Source: Callorhinchus milii
Lineage: Eukaryota
DNA: 64,000 nucleotides
NCBI RefSeq assembly: GCF_018977255.1
Contig: NW_024704742.1
Span: 125,924,001-125,988,000, forward strand
Direction of reading: 5' to 3'
Numbering within the stretch: the first letter of the stretch is position 1; each line of letters starts with the position of its first letter. Of the stretch, positions 13,136 through 26,105 are shown piece by piece. The notes below the pieces were generated by a model. It worked only from the letters and a program-made list of their open reading frames with translations. It was not told the DNA's origin and made no database searches. The position numbers and the translations under genes are program-made.

Positions 13136-13285
13136 AGCGCTTCACAGAATAGAATGTAAAGTGAATTGACCGTATATTTGTGGGTGAAACACGGCAGCCA
13201 ATTGAGCACAGCAGTGTCCCACAAACAGCCGTGGATTGAAAATGACCAATTTATTATTGTTTTGTTTTGGAGGGATTATTATTAA
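13131..13285 (-). mobile_element. tRNA/Deu SINE body fragment fused to an L2 fragment
   Basis: Deu core and pre-tail are present; it has no tail of its own and runs into the L2 at ~13135. Confidence 0.8.
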
Positions 13286-14997
13286 CAGTAACAGTATTAA
13301 CAGTAACAATAGGAGAAAGAGGATGTCCAAACCATAACTTTGGGTGTTATTCTCCTCTCTGAGTTGGGTTGGGTTGCATGCAAGAATTTCATTGCCGCTG
13401 GCTAAGTGCTGTTCCATTCGGTAAGTTTCTCAAATTTGTTTCACTTATAAATAAAATGGTATGCAATTTTAACTTCTAAATAGCATTGAATCATTAATGT
13501 AAATATAAATTATACATGTAAATTGTAATTGCAGCTATTTATAAAATCTTAGGGATACATCAGCCAAACTCACGGAATGGAACTGAATACCGTTTAGCCT
13601 GAGCAAGAATCTTCTATATGGAGCCAAATGAACAGAAAAACTATCCCACCCCCACCTCATAACTTATTGACATGATTGTGTGGTTTGGAAAAGGATCACA
13701 ATCTTGTCCTCTCTTCACACATCGAAGCCCATGGGGGATAAATATAGAAACATGGTCATTCATGAGAAGTATAACAATAGAACTGCGACCACTGCCGTAT
13801 TTTATTTTATATTGTTATGTAAATACATGTTTGCCTACCTACACACAGTCGCTATACTTGACAGCAATTTACTTATCAACAACAACGAAAATACATTGTT
13901 ACATTTGCTCATTAAGTACTTTTAGACATTTGAACAATAAACCTGCTATGTCAAATGCAAGGATTCTTATAACTAAATTGATTTCACTTTTAATGAGATC
14001 AGGTTAATGGACTCCTGATATAACCTGATGATAGGTATTCATAATATTATCAATGTCAAGCCTTTAAAAGAATGGGGTAACCTTTGAAACCTTCTTATGA
14101 GGCGAGTTCCATTCTAGTTACCAGAGGGAACTAATTATTTTTTAAAAGCTTTTTTAATTGATGTGCATCTTCAAGCATGACTAAACAACACAGAAATGAT
14201 GTTCTTTCATAAATCATTGATTGCAATTTTAAATATCAAGGATCTTTGAATTACATTTTGACTTTTCTTCAATATAAAATGGTGAATAGTTTTGGTGCAC
14301 ATTCCTGGGTGGTAATGATTTATTGGAATCAGCTCCTGTAGGTTTGAAACAGCCATTGAATGGGATTAATTATCTTCAAATTTAGAGAAACCATTACAAT
14401 AATGTGAGGGCATCCATTAACTTTTGCTCATAACCAGCATAAGGATAAGTGTAATAGTCAGGAATAGGGAGTATGCATTAAATAAATTAAAAACTTCAGA
14501 AGCAAATCTATTCACCATTAACTGTTTAACTTCTGCGCTAATCATAGGTTGGCTCATCAATCTGATGATGTGATGAAAGTCAGAATCCTTGAGAACCAAT
14601 AAACTTGCAAATTAGTATTTTGTGCTTGAACATTTCTGTTATTGAAAGCGTGATACAATTTTACTGGTTTTAATTGATATATCTGTTGAAGAGCAGAATA
14701 ATTCCCAAGACAACAAAACTACATTTGTATAACACCTTTCACACCGAGAGTACATCCCAAAGAAAATTGTTTTGCCATCTTGCTCCCATTGTTACTTTGG
14801 ACAGGTTTAATAATTATATCAAAAGTAACAATGTGAACAAGATGTAGTAATTTAGACCACAAAATAATAATCATTGTAGTTGATAAAGCACCTTATCACA
14901 TCATTAAATCATCTCAAAATGCATCACAAGTTTTTTATTGTGAAGTTTAGTGACACTATTCTTTGTAGAAGTCCATAGCAGTCAATTTGCACGCAGC

Positions 14998-15360
14998 AAT
15001 AATAATAATCCTTGCATTTGATAATAACACCTTATCACGTCTTCGAGTTGTCTCAAAGCACTTCACAGAATATAATGTAAAGTGAATGGACTGTATATTT
15101 TGTGGGCGAAATACAGCAGCCAAGTGCGCACACTAGTGTCTCACAACAGTCGTGGATTGAAGTGATCAATTTTTTATTTTTTTTAATGGAATTATTACCC
15201 CCGGAAGAAGCAATCTGCCAATCGACTAATGGGTTCCTGCTTACAGCTAGGTAAGCAGAGATGTGTGAGTAAGGAAACTTGCCCAACATTTCGCCCTGCT
15301 GGGAATTGAACCCAGGTCCCTTGCTTGCGAGGCAATTGCTCTAACTACTGAGTTACAGGA
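14998..15360 (-). mobile_element. tRNA/Deu SINE, longer subfamily
   Basis: Full head-to-(ATT)n layout in reverse complement. Confidence 0.85.
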
Positions 15361-16544
15361 GATATTGTTTATGAGACAATACAGGAAATATAGTTTATGA
15401 ATCAATATCTTATAAACATGAAGTGAATGACCTGGAGGGTTGTTAGCACCAGGAGAAACTCCTTTCACTTTTCAAAACAACCATGGGATTTTTTATGTGC
15501 AGTTGAGCAGGAAGTTATCCCAGTACAATTCCTTTACATTTCCAATGCATTGAATACTTGGAGTTCTATGGAGATGCTGCTTCCGCTCGTATTGATAAGG
15601 AATTGTACATCTAATATATTTGATTATTTACCCTGAAAAAATAAGCTACAAATAATCTTCATGCCAGATAAATCAGCCCAATGATTTTGAAGAGAGTCCC
15701 TTTGTGCAAAATTTCTGCCCCTTGTGGTGTATGAACCACAGTCAGTTGAGACACATTGAGATTCAAACATACAGCTGCTGGAGAAATGTGATCTCAACAC
15801 ATTTTGTGAGCCCAAGTTCTGAGCAATAAGAAAATGAAAGGCTCAGCTATGAAAAACACTTATTTTTATATTTAAGTGAACATGGACATTCAAACTGAAG
15901 TGTGACATTGTGTTTAGATGGTTAAGTCTCGGGATCCTAAACTGTAAAGCGCTCTGAGACGCCTTCCGGCGTGGAGGGCGCTATATAAATCCAAGTTGTT
16001 GTTGTGGTGGTTAAGTCATCTGCTAAGAGCAACCTCATTGCTTCTAACAGTGTATGCCATATAGTACTTTTGTTGGTTTTGTATTTCACTGTATTGTCTC
16101 ATGTGAATAAAAATAGTAGCTTTCATTAATAAAAGCTGATCTGTATTATACCTTAACATTCAACCATTTCACATCCAATCTATATAATTAGTATCAGGTG
16201 ATTATTAATATCTCATTTATGCAACTGTGCAAGGGCAGAAAAAGAACCAGGTATAGATTAGTTGTGACAGGACACCTCCAGAAACGATTTGTCTAGAAAC
16301 AACAGATGACATCATGGAAAACACTGAAAATAGTAACACAAGGTTCTTCAAGTCAGAAGTTCATGGCTCTATGACACAAAGATTAGCTTATTACCTGTGT
16401 GACTTGTCAGAAATTAATATGTAAAGGCTACATTTCACTCTGTAAAGCAGATAGTCTTAACATTTTCTCTATCAGAGCTTTTTTGCATCTTAAAATCTTG
16501 TCTCTCCACAAACAGGTTCTCCTCCAGCCTCTGCACCATCTTGT

Positions 16545-17581
16545 GTGACATTCCTCAGGGGTGTCTTTGGTCCTCTCTGCCTCAATTGGTACATACTCCC
16601 TCTTGGTGACATCATCCGCAAACATAAGGACAACTCCCACATGTATGTGATGACACCCAACTCTATCTCTCTGCCTCCACCCTCAACTCCAGGACCAATG
16701 CTGTCCTGACAGAATGTGTTTAAGACACCAAGTCCTGGATGAGAGCTAACTTTCTCCAGTTAAATGACTGAGGTCTTTCAGATTGGCTCCCATCAGCACC
16801 TCCACACCTCAGGCACTGGCAGAAACATCATCCATGGAGGTGTACTCTACCTCCCTGAACCTTGGCATCTTGTTTGAACCTCAACTGTCTTTTCTCCCCC
16901 ACATCCTTTCCATTATCTGCTCTGTCTTCCCCCACCTCTGCAACAACACCCGACGCAGCCACTGCCTCTCGTCTCAAGCTATCGAAACCCTCATCCATGC
17001 ATTTATCACATCTCGGCTCAACTATACCAACTCCCTGCTTATTAGCCTTCCCAACTCTTCCCTCCACAAGCTGCAAATAATCCAGAACTCTGCAGCTCAT
17101 GTCCTCTCCTGCACCAGGCTCCGTGAACTTATCAACCTCGCCATCTCCAGGTTCCACTGGCTCCCCATCCCCTGGAGGATAGAGTTCAAAATCCTCATCC
17201 CTGCCTTCAAGACCCTCCACAGCCTTGTTCCTTCCTACCTCTGTGACCTGCTAACTCAATATCAACCTATCCGCCACCTCCACTTAGCAGGCTCTGGCCT
17301 GCTCCATGTTCCCACCCGGCCCACCCCACCATCGGCGGACGGGCCTTCAGCCTCTTGGCCCCCACCCATTGAAACTCCATCCCACAGTCCCTTCGCCTTG
17401 TTTTCTCCTTTGCCTCAAGAACCTTCTCGTTAACGACGCCTTCAGCCACCCTCCTACCCCTATCCTCCCAGCCCTCCATTCCCCCAATCCTAACTTCCTT
17501 GGTTCCAAATTCCTGATTGTCCAGTGCCTTGGGATATTCTCCCATCGTGAAAGGCGCTATACAAATGTAATGTGTTGTTGT
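16545..17581 (+). mobile_element. L2 LINE fragment (degenerate RT end to 3' tail)
   Basis: PQG.VFGP and LGDIIR remnants, FITSRLNYTNSLL, FHWLPI, and the tail. Confidence 0.9.
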
Positions 17582-17582
17582 G

Positions 17583-17670
17583 ATCTGTGTAAATAGATAA
17601 ATCTGTGTAAATAGATAAATCTGTGTAAATAGATAAATAGATAAATAGATGATCTGTGTAAATAGATAAA
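17583..17670. repeat. 18-bp minisatellite ATCTGTGTAAATAGATAA (~4 copies plus partial units)
   Basis: Directly visible, immediately after an L2 (TTG)n tail. Confidence 0.9.
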
Positions 17671-18894
17671 GTTCACGATCCAATTTAACATCGACTTGTT
17701 TGATGAATCCAGATCTTTGAAGGACTTGTATGTTTACAGTATTCACATTTGTAAGATTATTCACCGTAAGTTACGGAAGAGATGGTGATGTTAGCCAGGA
17801 AGGGTAGATGAGGCGAGATTGCTGTTGCTGTGATGGGAAGATGGGGATAGTGGAACGACAAGATCAGGTGAGCCGAAGGGCCTTCTTCAACAGAATCAAT
17901 CTTGTGATCTTGTGATAGATGTTTTATTGCAATGCTTGGGGGAAGAAGATAAGTGGTGTCCCCTTGGAGCTGAGAGGGCTCGGATATAACATGCTTGGCA
18001 ACAGAATGTCAGAATCAAGTCAATCCTCTGTAGCAGTTTTAGTTGTCTGATTTGTGTGCTGGGAAGATCCAGGGCAATGCTGATGAAAGACCAGCCAGCT
18101 TGGCTCATTGGCAGACCTGTCACTGGGAGAAGGATTCCTCCGACTCAGCTTCTGTTATTGCTGCATGCCAAACCCTTAACAGATAGAGTGGTCCTAACTG
18201 TATAAGCAGTGGAAAGCTTGCCCCACAGCGTTCTCAGTGGCATGCATTGTGATTTTATCTGGATTCCAGTAGTAGTCCAATACACATTTGGGCTCCCCAA
18301 GCCTTGCGTTTTGCCAACCTGTATTTCATCACAGAAATTCTCTACTTTGGATACTCTTTAGCATGATGGTGGGCTTCTGTATGCTCAAGTATTGCTCTTA
18401 AAAGAACCAATACAGATACGATACAGCGAATGGTCTTCTTCTGTGCTTTAAATTTTCATGGTTCTATGTGTCAGACACTGGCTGACCAAAATAGAATTGC
18501 ACTGTTTTCAAGAGTAGTCTTGTGAGACTCTCTGATCCACTATAATTACAATCCATTAATATGTTAAATTGCAATCTCAAGTGTATAGTGACTGACCTAA
18601 ACAGAAATGTGTCAATCAAGCAAGCTAGTAGTTTTATCTTTCAAACTATTATGTATTTGTTTGGCCCAGCTTGTAAAAAGTCAATGGTTCAGTGGCTCAG
18701 AGATGTTTATTATAAGGCACAACTGAAGGCTTGAAGTCATAATTGAAATGGTCACGAAAGTTGTATTATCAACACAAAATAAAATCCACAGAAATATGCC
18801 ACTTGGCAAAAATGAATGACTGCTAATAATGAATAATGTTAGGTAATATCTTCATCAAATAATGCAGAACATTCTAACTCGCAATGAAAACAAA

Positions 18895-20135
18895 CAATTT
18901 GGATGTTACAGAGGTGAGAGAAGGCAGAGTGGGTCATGGCTTGAATGTGGGGAAGAAAAGACAGTTGAGGGTCGAACAAGACACCTTGGTTCCTGACTGG
19001 CTTGGTGAGTTGTAGTGTGCAACCATGGAGTTTGATGCTGTCAGAGCATGAGGTGCTGAGGCGCTGGCGCGAGCCAATCAGGAGGACCTCAGTCTTGTTC
19101 ACATTCAACCATAGGAAATTTGCCCTCATCCAGGACTTGATGTCCGACAGGCAGTCTGTCAGGACAGCAGTGGTCCTGGAGTTGAAGGTAGAGGCAGAAA
19201 GGTAGAGTTGGTGTCATCCGCATACATGTAGAAGTTGACCCCATGACTGCGGATGATGTCACCAAGGGGGAGCATATAGATATTAAAGATGAGAGGGCCA
19301 AGGACAGAGCCCTGGGGGACGCCAGATGTGACAGTGCGGGGGCTGGAGGAGAAACCGTTAGAGGCAACGAAGTGAAGATGGTGAGAGAGATAGGAATCGA
19401 ACCAGGCAAGGGCAGATCCGTAAAGATTGAGTAAAACGGAAAGGCAATGTATGAGGATGGAGTGGTCGACAGTGTCGAAGGTGGCAGGGAGGTCGAGGAG
19501 GACAAGGAGGCAGAGGGAGCCCTGATCACAGATGTTCAGAATGTCATTAGTGACTTTGAACAGGGCTGTTTCCGTGCTGTGGGCAGCGCGGAAGCCGGAT
19601 TGGAGAGGTTCAAAGAGGGAATGGCGAGAATGAAAGGAACAGAGCTGGGACGCGACGACTCGTTCCAGGACCTTGGAGAGGAATGGGAGATTAGAGATGG
19701 GGCGGTAGCTGGATGATGACGGTCATTTTTAGAGGGGTGGGAACTGAACCAGTGGACAGGGAGAGGTTGATGACATTGGACAGGAGGGGGGCCAAAAGGT
19801 GGAGCTGGGTGACAAGGAGAGAGGTGGAGATGGGATCAAGGGAGCAGGTGGTGGGTTTGAGTTTGCGGACAGTCGTGGGGAGGGAGAAGGGAGAGATAGG
19901 GTCGAAGGATTATAGGGGGGGTGGGTCATAGGGGAGAGGTGATGTGGCGGTGGCTGTGAACGGGGCTGAGGTGGGTGAATGTATCCCCTCGATTTTAGAT
20001 TCGAAGTGGTCCAGCTTCTCCTCACAGTTGGAGTTTGAGGAGAGGATGGGCGAGGTATGGGAAGGTGGACGGAGTAGACGGTTAGTGGTGGAAAAGAGAA
20101 GCCGGGGGTTGTCCTTTGCCTCCAAGATAACCTTG
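18895..20135 (-). mobile_element. L2 LINE internal fragment with reverse-transcriptase core (frameshifted)
   Basis: The reverse strand reads VLLDLPATFDTVDHSIL (~19450-19505) and VPQGSVLGPLIFNIYMLPLGDIIRSHGVNFYMYADDT (~19210-19320). Confidence 0.92.
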
Positions 20136-20262
20136 GATTAGTTCTATGCTTCATACCATTATTTGGGAAGCACATGATGGGAGTTGCCAAGCTATGGTGG
20201 GTGGAGCAGGCTGCTATCAGCACGTGGGACATCCTCCCGAAGTGAAAGATGCTATCCAAATG

Positions 20263-20381
20263 ATAATAATAATAATAATAATTATTGCATTTGATATAGC
20301 GCATTATCATGTCTTTAAGATGTCTCAAAGCGCTTCACAGAATATACTGTAAAGTGAATTGACTGTATATTTTGTGGGCGA
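20263..20381 (-). mobile_element. SINE 3' fragment
   Basis: (AAT)n followed by TGCATTTGATATAGCGC...CTTCACAGAATATACTGTAAAGTGAATTGAC. Confidence 0.78.
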
Positions 20382-20842
20382 TATGTAATTTGTTATTGTT
20401 GTTGCTGAGCACAAGTTAGGGCAGCTTAGCAGACTGGTCTGACATGATTTTATGAATTTGTCACCTAAATTAACTTGTTTCTATGTGGACAGGTCTTTTT
20501 GGAATCAGAGGGAATGGATTCAATTGAATTAGATATGTAATGCTGGATATCAACTTAATGCTGTAATTTAAAACATCCTCAGAAATCATAGGAACATTGA
20601 AACAAGATGTTTCTTAGTCCATTGTGTCTGCTCTTTGTTTTTCGAAATTACATCTTAATTGTTAATTTGTAGCGGAAATAAATTGATGATACCGCTGTAA
20701 TAATGTCAATTGGTCCTCATTAACGGAAGAGGTTCATATTACTGTTAGTTTGTTTAATAAACAACAATAATAATAATCTTTGCATTTGTTGTACTGCCTC
20801 ATCACATCTTTGAGAAGTCTCAAAGAGCTTCAAAGAATATAC

Positions 20843-21181
20843 AGGGGCCCTGTAGTGGTTACCTCGTGAGAGATCTGGGTTTGATTTCCTTGCAGGACGA
20901 AATGTTCGCAAGTTCGCAATATTCCACATACCTCTGTTTTTACCTAGCAGTAAGTAGGAGTCTGGTTGTTAGCCGATTGGCAGATCACTTTTCCTGGGGT
21001 AATAATTCCTTTAAAAANGTCACTCAATCCACGGCTGTTTGTGGGACACTGCTGATAGCAATTGGCTGCTGTGTTTCGCCCACAAAATGTACAGTCAATT
21101 CACACTACAGTATACTCTGTGAAGCAATTTGATGTGTCTGGAGGACTGATAAGGCGCAATATCAAATGCAAGGATTATTAT
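20843..21181 (+). mobile_element. tRNA/Deu SINE nested in an opposite-strand SINE fragment (20764-21220)
   Basis: The host SINE breaks at GAATATAC (20842) and resumes at TATACTGTAAAGTG (21182). Confidence 0.78.
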
Positions 21182-21614
21182 TATACTGTAAAGTGAATTG
21201 ACTATATATTTTGTGGGCGTTAAATCCCATCATTTTAGACTGCTTTAAGACCAGTGTTGATTTACAGTTGATTTACCTCCAGTACTGTTTTGAAGTGTCA
21301 GCCTAGATTATATGAGATCACAGCCCCACCATGCAGCTAGATGCCTCATCTCTATCCCATGTCATTCTCCCCTCGGTGATTAGGATGGCTTTGGTGAGTG
21401 ACTTGCACTAACAGCTAATGTGCTGCTGGGGAATCTGATGACTCAGCACCCGAGGACATGACTAAATGTGATATGCTAACATTAGCTCCAGATACCCCAA
21501 ATTAGCTTTGGTGAGATAGTCCATACTATGGAGGGAATAACAGCAAGGGCTCTACAGTGACTCAGAACTAGCTGGCTGCATCTGTGCAATTAATGTAAGG
21601 CATCTTCTCACACT

Positions 21615-21822
21615 GGAAGAAACTCTCTTCTCCTTTTGAATAGTGCCATGGGATCTTCAACATCCACCTGACCAGACAGACATAACCTTGGAATAACATC
21701 TCATCAAAGGACAGCACTTTATGCAGCACACACCCATAATTGCACTGGAGTGTCAGCCTTGACTATATGAGTCCAAAGTTCCAAACTGGGGATTGAACCC
21801 ACAACCTTCTGACTCAGAGAAG
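21615..21822 (-). mobile_element. Older Deu-type SINE fragment
   Basis: ATAGTGCCATGGGATCTT...GCACTGGAGTGTCAGCC...AACCTTCTGACTCAG. Confidence 0.68.
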
Positions 21823-22799
21823 TCACAGTATGAGAATCACAGTTCCATTAATGTAGAATTTAGGAACATCCAGAATTTGGCAAATTCTTATTTTTTATGT
21901 TGTTTTTCTGTAAGTTATTTTAAGAATCTATGGAAAAAACAGCTTCAAAGTTAACATTGGATTGACCAATTTGCCTAATTCTGGATGATCAAATGCTAAG
22001 AGTTAATAAATGGAGGAAATCTAGGCCCAAGTAGAATTTCTCTCCTCAGTCTGTCAAATACTGATTTCAATATTGTTTTCAGTTTGCAACATTTAGACTG
22101 AACAGAATCTATTTTATCTATTCCTTGGAGATCTAATTTGCAATATTTTTAAGTCTGAAAATATCAAATCCCAGATGTGTCCTGCAGCAGATACCCAGAA
22201 ACTCCAGTCAGCCACTAATTTCATAGAGAAAGAAACTGAAATCAGAGTCTAAGCAAAGTTCCAGAGGGTTGATCATAACATAAGCGAGATTTGTTATTTA
22301 CAAAACCACCTGCAAATTGTGAAAATTAACCCCACAATCCTGTAAGGTTAGAACATAAGAACATAAGAATTTTCTAGGCGAAAGAAGACCAAGGTCCATC
22401 CAGTTAGCCTTCCACCAACCTGGCAGTCGCTTGCACATGTCATGTCCCAAACTCTATATTGTATCCCATAAGAACATAACAATTTGTGCTCTTATGCTAG
22501 GTTAGGTTAAGCATTGTTATTGTTTCAATAAAAAAAAAGCAGCTAAATGTGAAATCTAAGTTCAAAGCCTTGTGAGCACGGTTTGTTCCTACCCGAATTG
22601 AGGATCTCTGGCTTTGAAATGTTGAATATATATATATCAGCATGATAGTTAACACGTTTTACTATATTTATTTACCACTACAAACCAAGACTTCTGCAGC
22701 TATTTAAATAATTTTGTCATCCAAACCTTAATAAATGGTTCCATTTTTATGGGTCATTTCTAAGTTGATAAAAATATATGATAATATTTAATGGTGGAC

Positions 22800-23045
22800 C
22801 CTAGTGCTTCATGTCCCCTCCACTCCACCATCGGCGGCCGCACTTTCAACCACTACACCCCAAAGCTATTAAACTCTCTCCCCCAATCCCTCTGCCTTAC
22901 CCTTTTTTAGATCACGAAGAGTGAAGACGTTCCTCTTTGACCATGCTTACAGTCACCTCCTCCCACATCAGGCTCTGCTACTGTTAAGCGCTCCGAAATG
23001 CTGCCCCATGTGAACAGTGCTAAACAAATGCAAGTTGTTGTTGTT
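22800..23045 (+). mobile_element. L2 3' fragment (second family)
   Basis: STIGGRTF motif and tail ending in (TTG)n. Confidence 0.75.
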
Positions 23046-24340
23046 AATAATAATATTCCTTACATTTGGTAAAGATTTGGTAAGCGCCTTTCACATTGGG
23101 AGGATTTGGATAATAATATGGATAGCAACTTAATAATTAATAATAAGTTAATAATAAATTAAATTAAATAATTGAGTAAATATTTTAATTTGTTAATTGA
23201 TTAATTAAATAATTACATAAAATAAACTTAAAATAAATTAATAATAATAACATGGATAGTAACTTAGGAATATTTGCATTAAGGTGGAAAATCAAATAAT
23301 TTCCAGTCCGCTGATAAATGTAGGCAGAGGAAAGGCTTCTCTCTCTCTCACTCACACTTTTTCCTTTCAGAGAGTGAGCAAGATGCCCGAGTTGCGGGAA
23401 ACCAGTCAAATCATCTTACATGCCCCGAAGCTCACTTTCACCTTTACAATTTATAAAGGTGATTGTAATTATGAGGATTGTAAAGGTTTCATTATTAGGG
23501 TAATTTCTAAGATGATAAAAAAAATAAAAATGGATTTTTTTAAAAAAAACTTTGAATAAAATACTGACTGTGTTAATTTAAACACTTTGACAAACTGAAA
23601 ACTCAAAAAAAAATTGCCATGCCATTGAAAACAACACATTATTTCCATAACGGCCTGTGGCTTGTGTTAGACTGCTTCTCTCAAGACTAACTACTGTAAC
23701 TGGATTTCTAAGTAAATAGTCTGTGGTACATCAGTTGAAAAATCTTATAATTCAGGGAAACTGGATAAAGCAGCTTTTTTTCCTCTGCTTCCTGAAGTTT
23801 TTGGTTCACAATGGACCCACTTAGCACTGCAAAACCTGTTGCTTTGCTCATTTTCTACGTGTAATATGACACAATGAGTGTCATTCGGCTATTCAAGAAT
23901 AAAGGGGTAACACATTTGGGTTCTATCCTGTCCGAGTCAAAAGGATCCATGCATGTGCACGTTCTGATGGGAATCACAAGAAAGATTTAGTCTTATTTCA
24001 TCTGCTACCTAGAGTCATTAAGCTTTGAGGACAATTATATAATTTGGACATCATCCTGCCTGAATAAGGTCAATTTTGCACAGACTAGGCATAGGGCCTC
24101 GGACCTTCCTGGTTAGGCAGGTGAGGATGCATAGCAGAATTATGGTTGTGGATGAATATTCCAGAATTTTTATTAGATCACCCTTGGGGGTCAGTGTGTA
24201 TCTCGGCAGAATGTTTCTCCAGGAGATGTGTGTGAGGGATGTCCACGATAGAGCAGGTTTTGGACGATCTGTAGAAAGAGTGGGATTCATGAGTTAAATG
24301 ACCTTTTCTCTTTTCATGCTTTCTTATGTTATATTATGAT

Positions 24341-24689
24341 ACCCTTGAATTTGATATAGCATCTTATCACGTCGTTGAGACATCTCAAAGCGCTTCACAG
24401 AATATATTATAAAGTGGATTGACTGTGTAGTTTGTGGCTGCCAATTGCGCACAGCAGTGTCCCACAAACATTTGTGGATTGAGTGACCACATTTTTTTTT
24501 GAGGGATTATTACCCAGAAAGCGATCCGCTAATCAACTAACGACCAGGTTCCTACTTACTGCTCGGTAAAAAGAGACATTCTGAGTAAGTTAACTCGCCT
24601 AAGATTTCTACCCGTCCAGGAATCAAACCCAGGTCCTTTCATCCTCTCACTTCAGAGACGAGTGCACTACCACTACGCTACAGGACTCC
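24341..24689 (-). mobile_element. tRNA/Deu SINE, longer subfamily
   Basis: Ends in CTACAGGACTCC (head, reverse complement); Deu core present. Confidence 0.83.
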
Positions 24690-25444
24690 ACTTTATTAGT
24701 CATATTATGGCTCAGAAACACATTATGTCACCTTACTGAGCATCCAATTTGGAGATGTAACAGCTTTTAAAAGCTGTTAAACCTCAGACCTGATTTTATT
24801 TGCATGATTGGAACTGCCTGTCTGTAATGAATATCACCATTCTTTAACGGACAGTTTATATGCTACATGGGAGTTACAAAAAAATAATTTGTAAGATGAC
24901 TAAAACAGCCTGAAGTATATGGCTTTCACCCTTCATGAATAGTCACAGCCAACCTACAGTGGCCTGAAGATGTAATAGCACCTAATGTAATTTGAAGTGA
25001 CAGACAGCTGCCTCCCATCATTGGCAGATACCATAGGGAACATCAATGTGTCACTTGGAAGGTGCTTCTTTGTCACTCATTTTGCCAAAGGCTATATATT
25101 TAGGCTGAATTATTGGCAATTACCTCCATTGCAAACAGTTGCTCTGCCAATATTTGTTGGCTGCTGGCCCTATATTTTTTGTATGTCTTCTGAGTCTGCC
25201 CGTGGCTGCAAATGTGACAAATGTAACTGAAGAAAAAATAAATATTTGCGATGCATAAAACATTCCTGAACGAAGCCAGCAATTAGATTTGCACAAAACC
25301 ACACTTTGTTTTATACTTTTAGAAGTCAATATATTCTGTAGAATCAAATAAAATTAAGTCAAACATTTTACAATAATGTTAAGAGGATTTCCTGAAAAAT
25401 TCTATTGTTCCATTATACTGTATTCACAATGCAATGACTTGCAG

Positions 25445-25463
25445 TGACCACTAGGGGGTGGGA
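25445..25463 (+). promoter_or_regulatory. CTCF-like motif
   Basis: TGACCACTAGGGGGTGGGA matches the CTCF core CCAC(C/T)AG(G/A)(G/T)GGC/T and lies in non-repeat DNA. Confidence 0.5.
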
Positions 25464-25696
25464 TTGATACTTACAAATTAAGTCTAAACTCTCGATTTAA
25501 ATCAATAGTCCACTACACACAAACCAATGTTTCCTTTCATTTCAGACTTTACGAATTAATGGGTACAAGAAATTATATTTGTTCCAACTTGTCTATTAAT
25601 ACATTTTGAACATTTTAATTTACATTTCAAATGTATCAATAAACAAGTATCAATAAATATACATATATAGAATAATCTTGCAGATTATTACGATAT

Positions 25697-26105
25697 CAGT
25701 CTGGCTCAGTTGGTAGCACTCGGAATCAGAAAACTGAAGGTTCAAGACTTATGACAGGACTTGGAACCCATATAATCTAAGATCACACTCCAGTCTCCAG
25801 TGCAGTCCTAAGGGTATACTGTATTGTTGGAGGTTCCATCCTTTGGAACCGACGTTAAAACTAAATCATGTCTTCCTGTTTAGGTGGACATTAAAGATTC
25901 CATGGCACTTTTTTTTGAAAAAGAAGGGAATTTCTTCTGGTATCCTGTCTAACAATCTCCCAAACAATTCATTTCATGGCTGTTTGTGGGACATTGCTTG
26001 TCCAACTTGGCTGCTGCGTTGCCCCACACAAAAAAAACAGTTGATAATATGTCCTGTGAAGCAGCTTGAGACATTCTCCCTATAGTAAAGGCCCTATATT
26101 AAATG
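25697..26105 (+). mobile_element. Older Deu-type SINE, near full length
   Basis: CTGGCTCAGTTGGTAGCACT head, GGCTGTTTGTGGGACATTGCT core, and GTGAAGC..TTGAGAC tail. Confidence 0.72.

Noticed and set aside
12432..13145. 237-aa ORF and similar 130-216 aa ORFs (611, 16783, 19089, 19729, 36298, 36434, 46359)
   Set aside because: Truncated, frameshifted L2 ORF2 pieces or their alternative frames; not host genes and not intact elements.
17583..17670. CRISPR-like or other spacer array
   Set aside because: These are contiguous tandem units with no unique spacers, in a eukaryotic context with no cas genes. The same applies to 41651-41955.
21443..21460. RE1/NRSE-like TCAGCACC-CGA-GGACAT (also 9436 in an L2 tail and 41627-41647)
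   Set aside because: Wrong half-site spacing or a poor right half-site.
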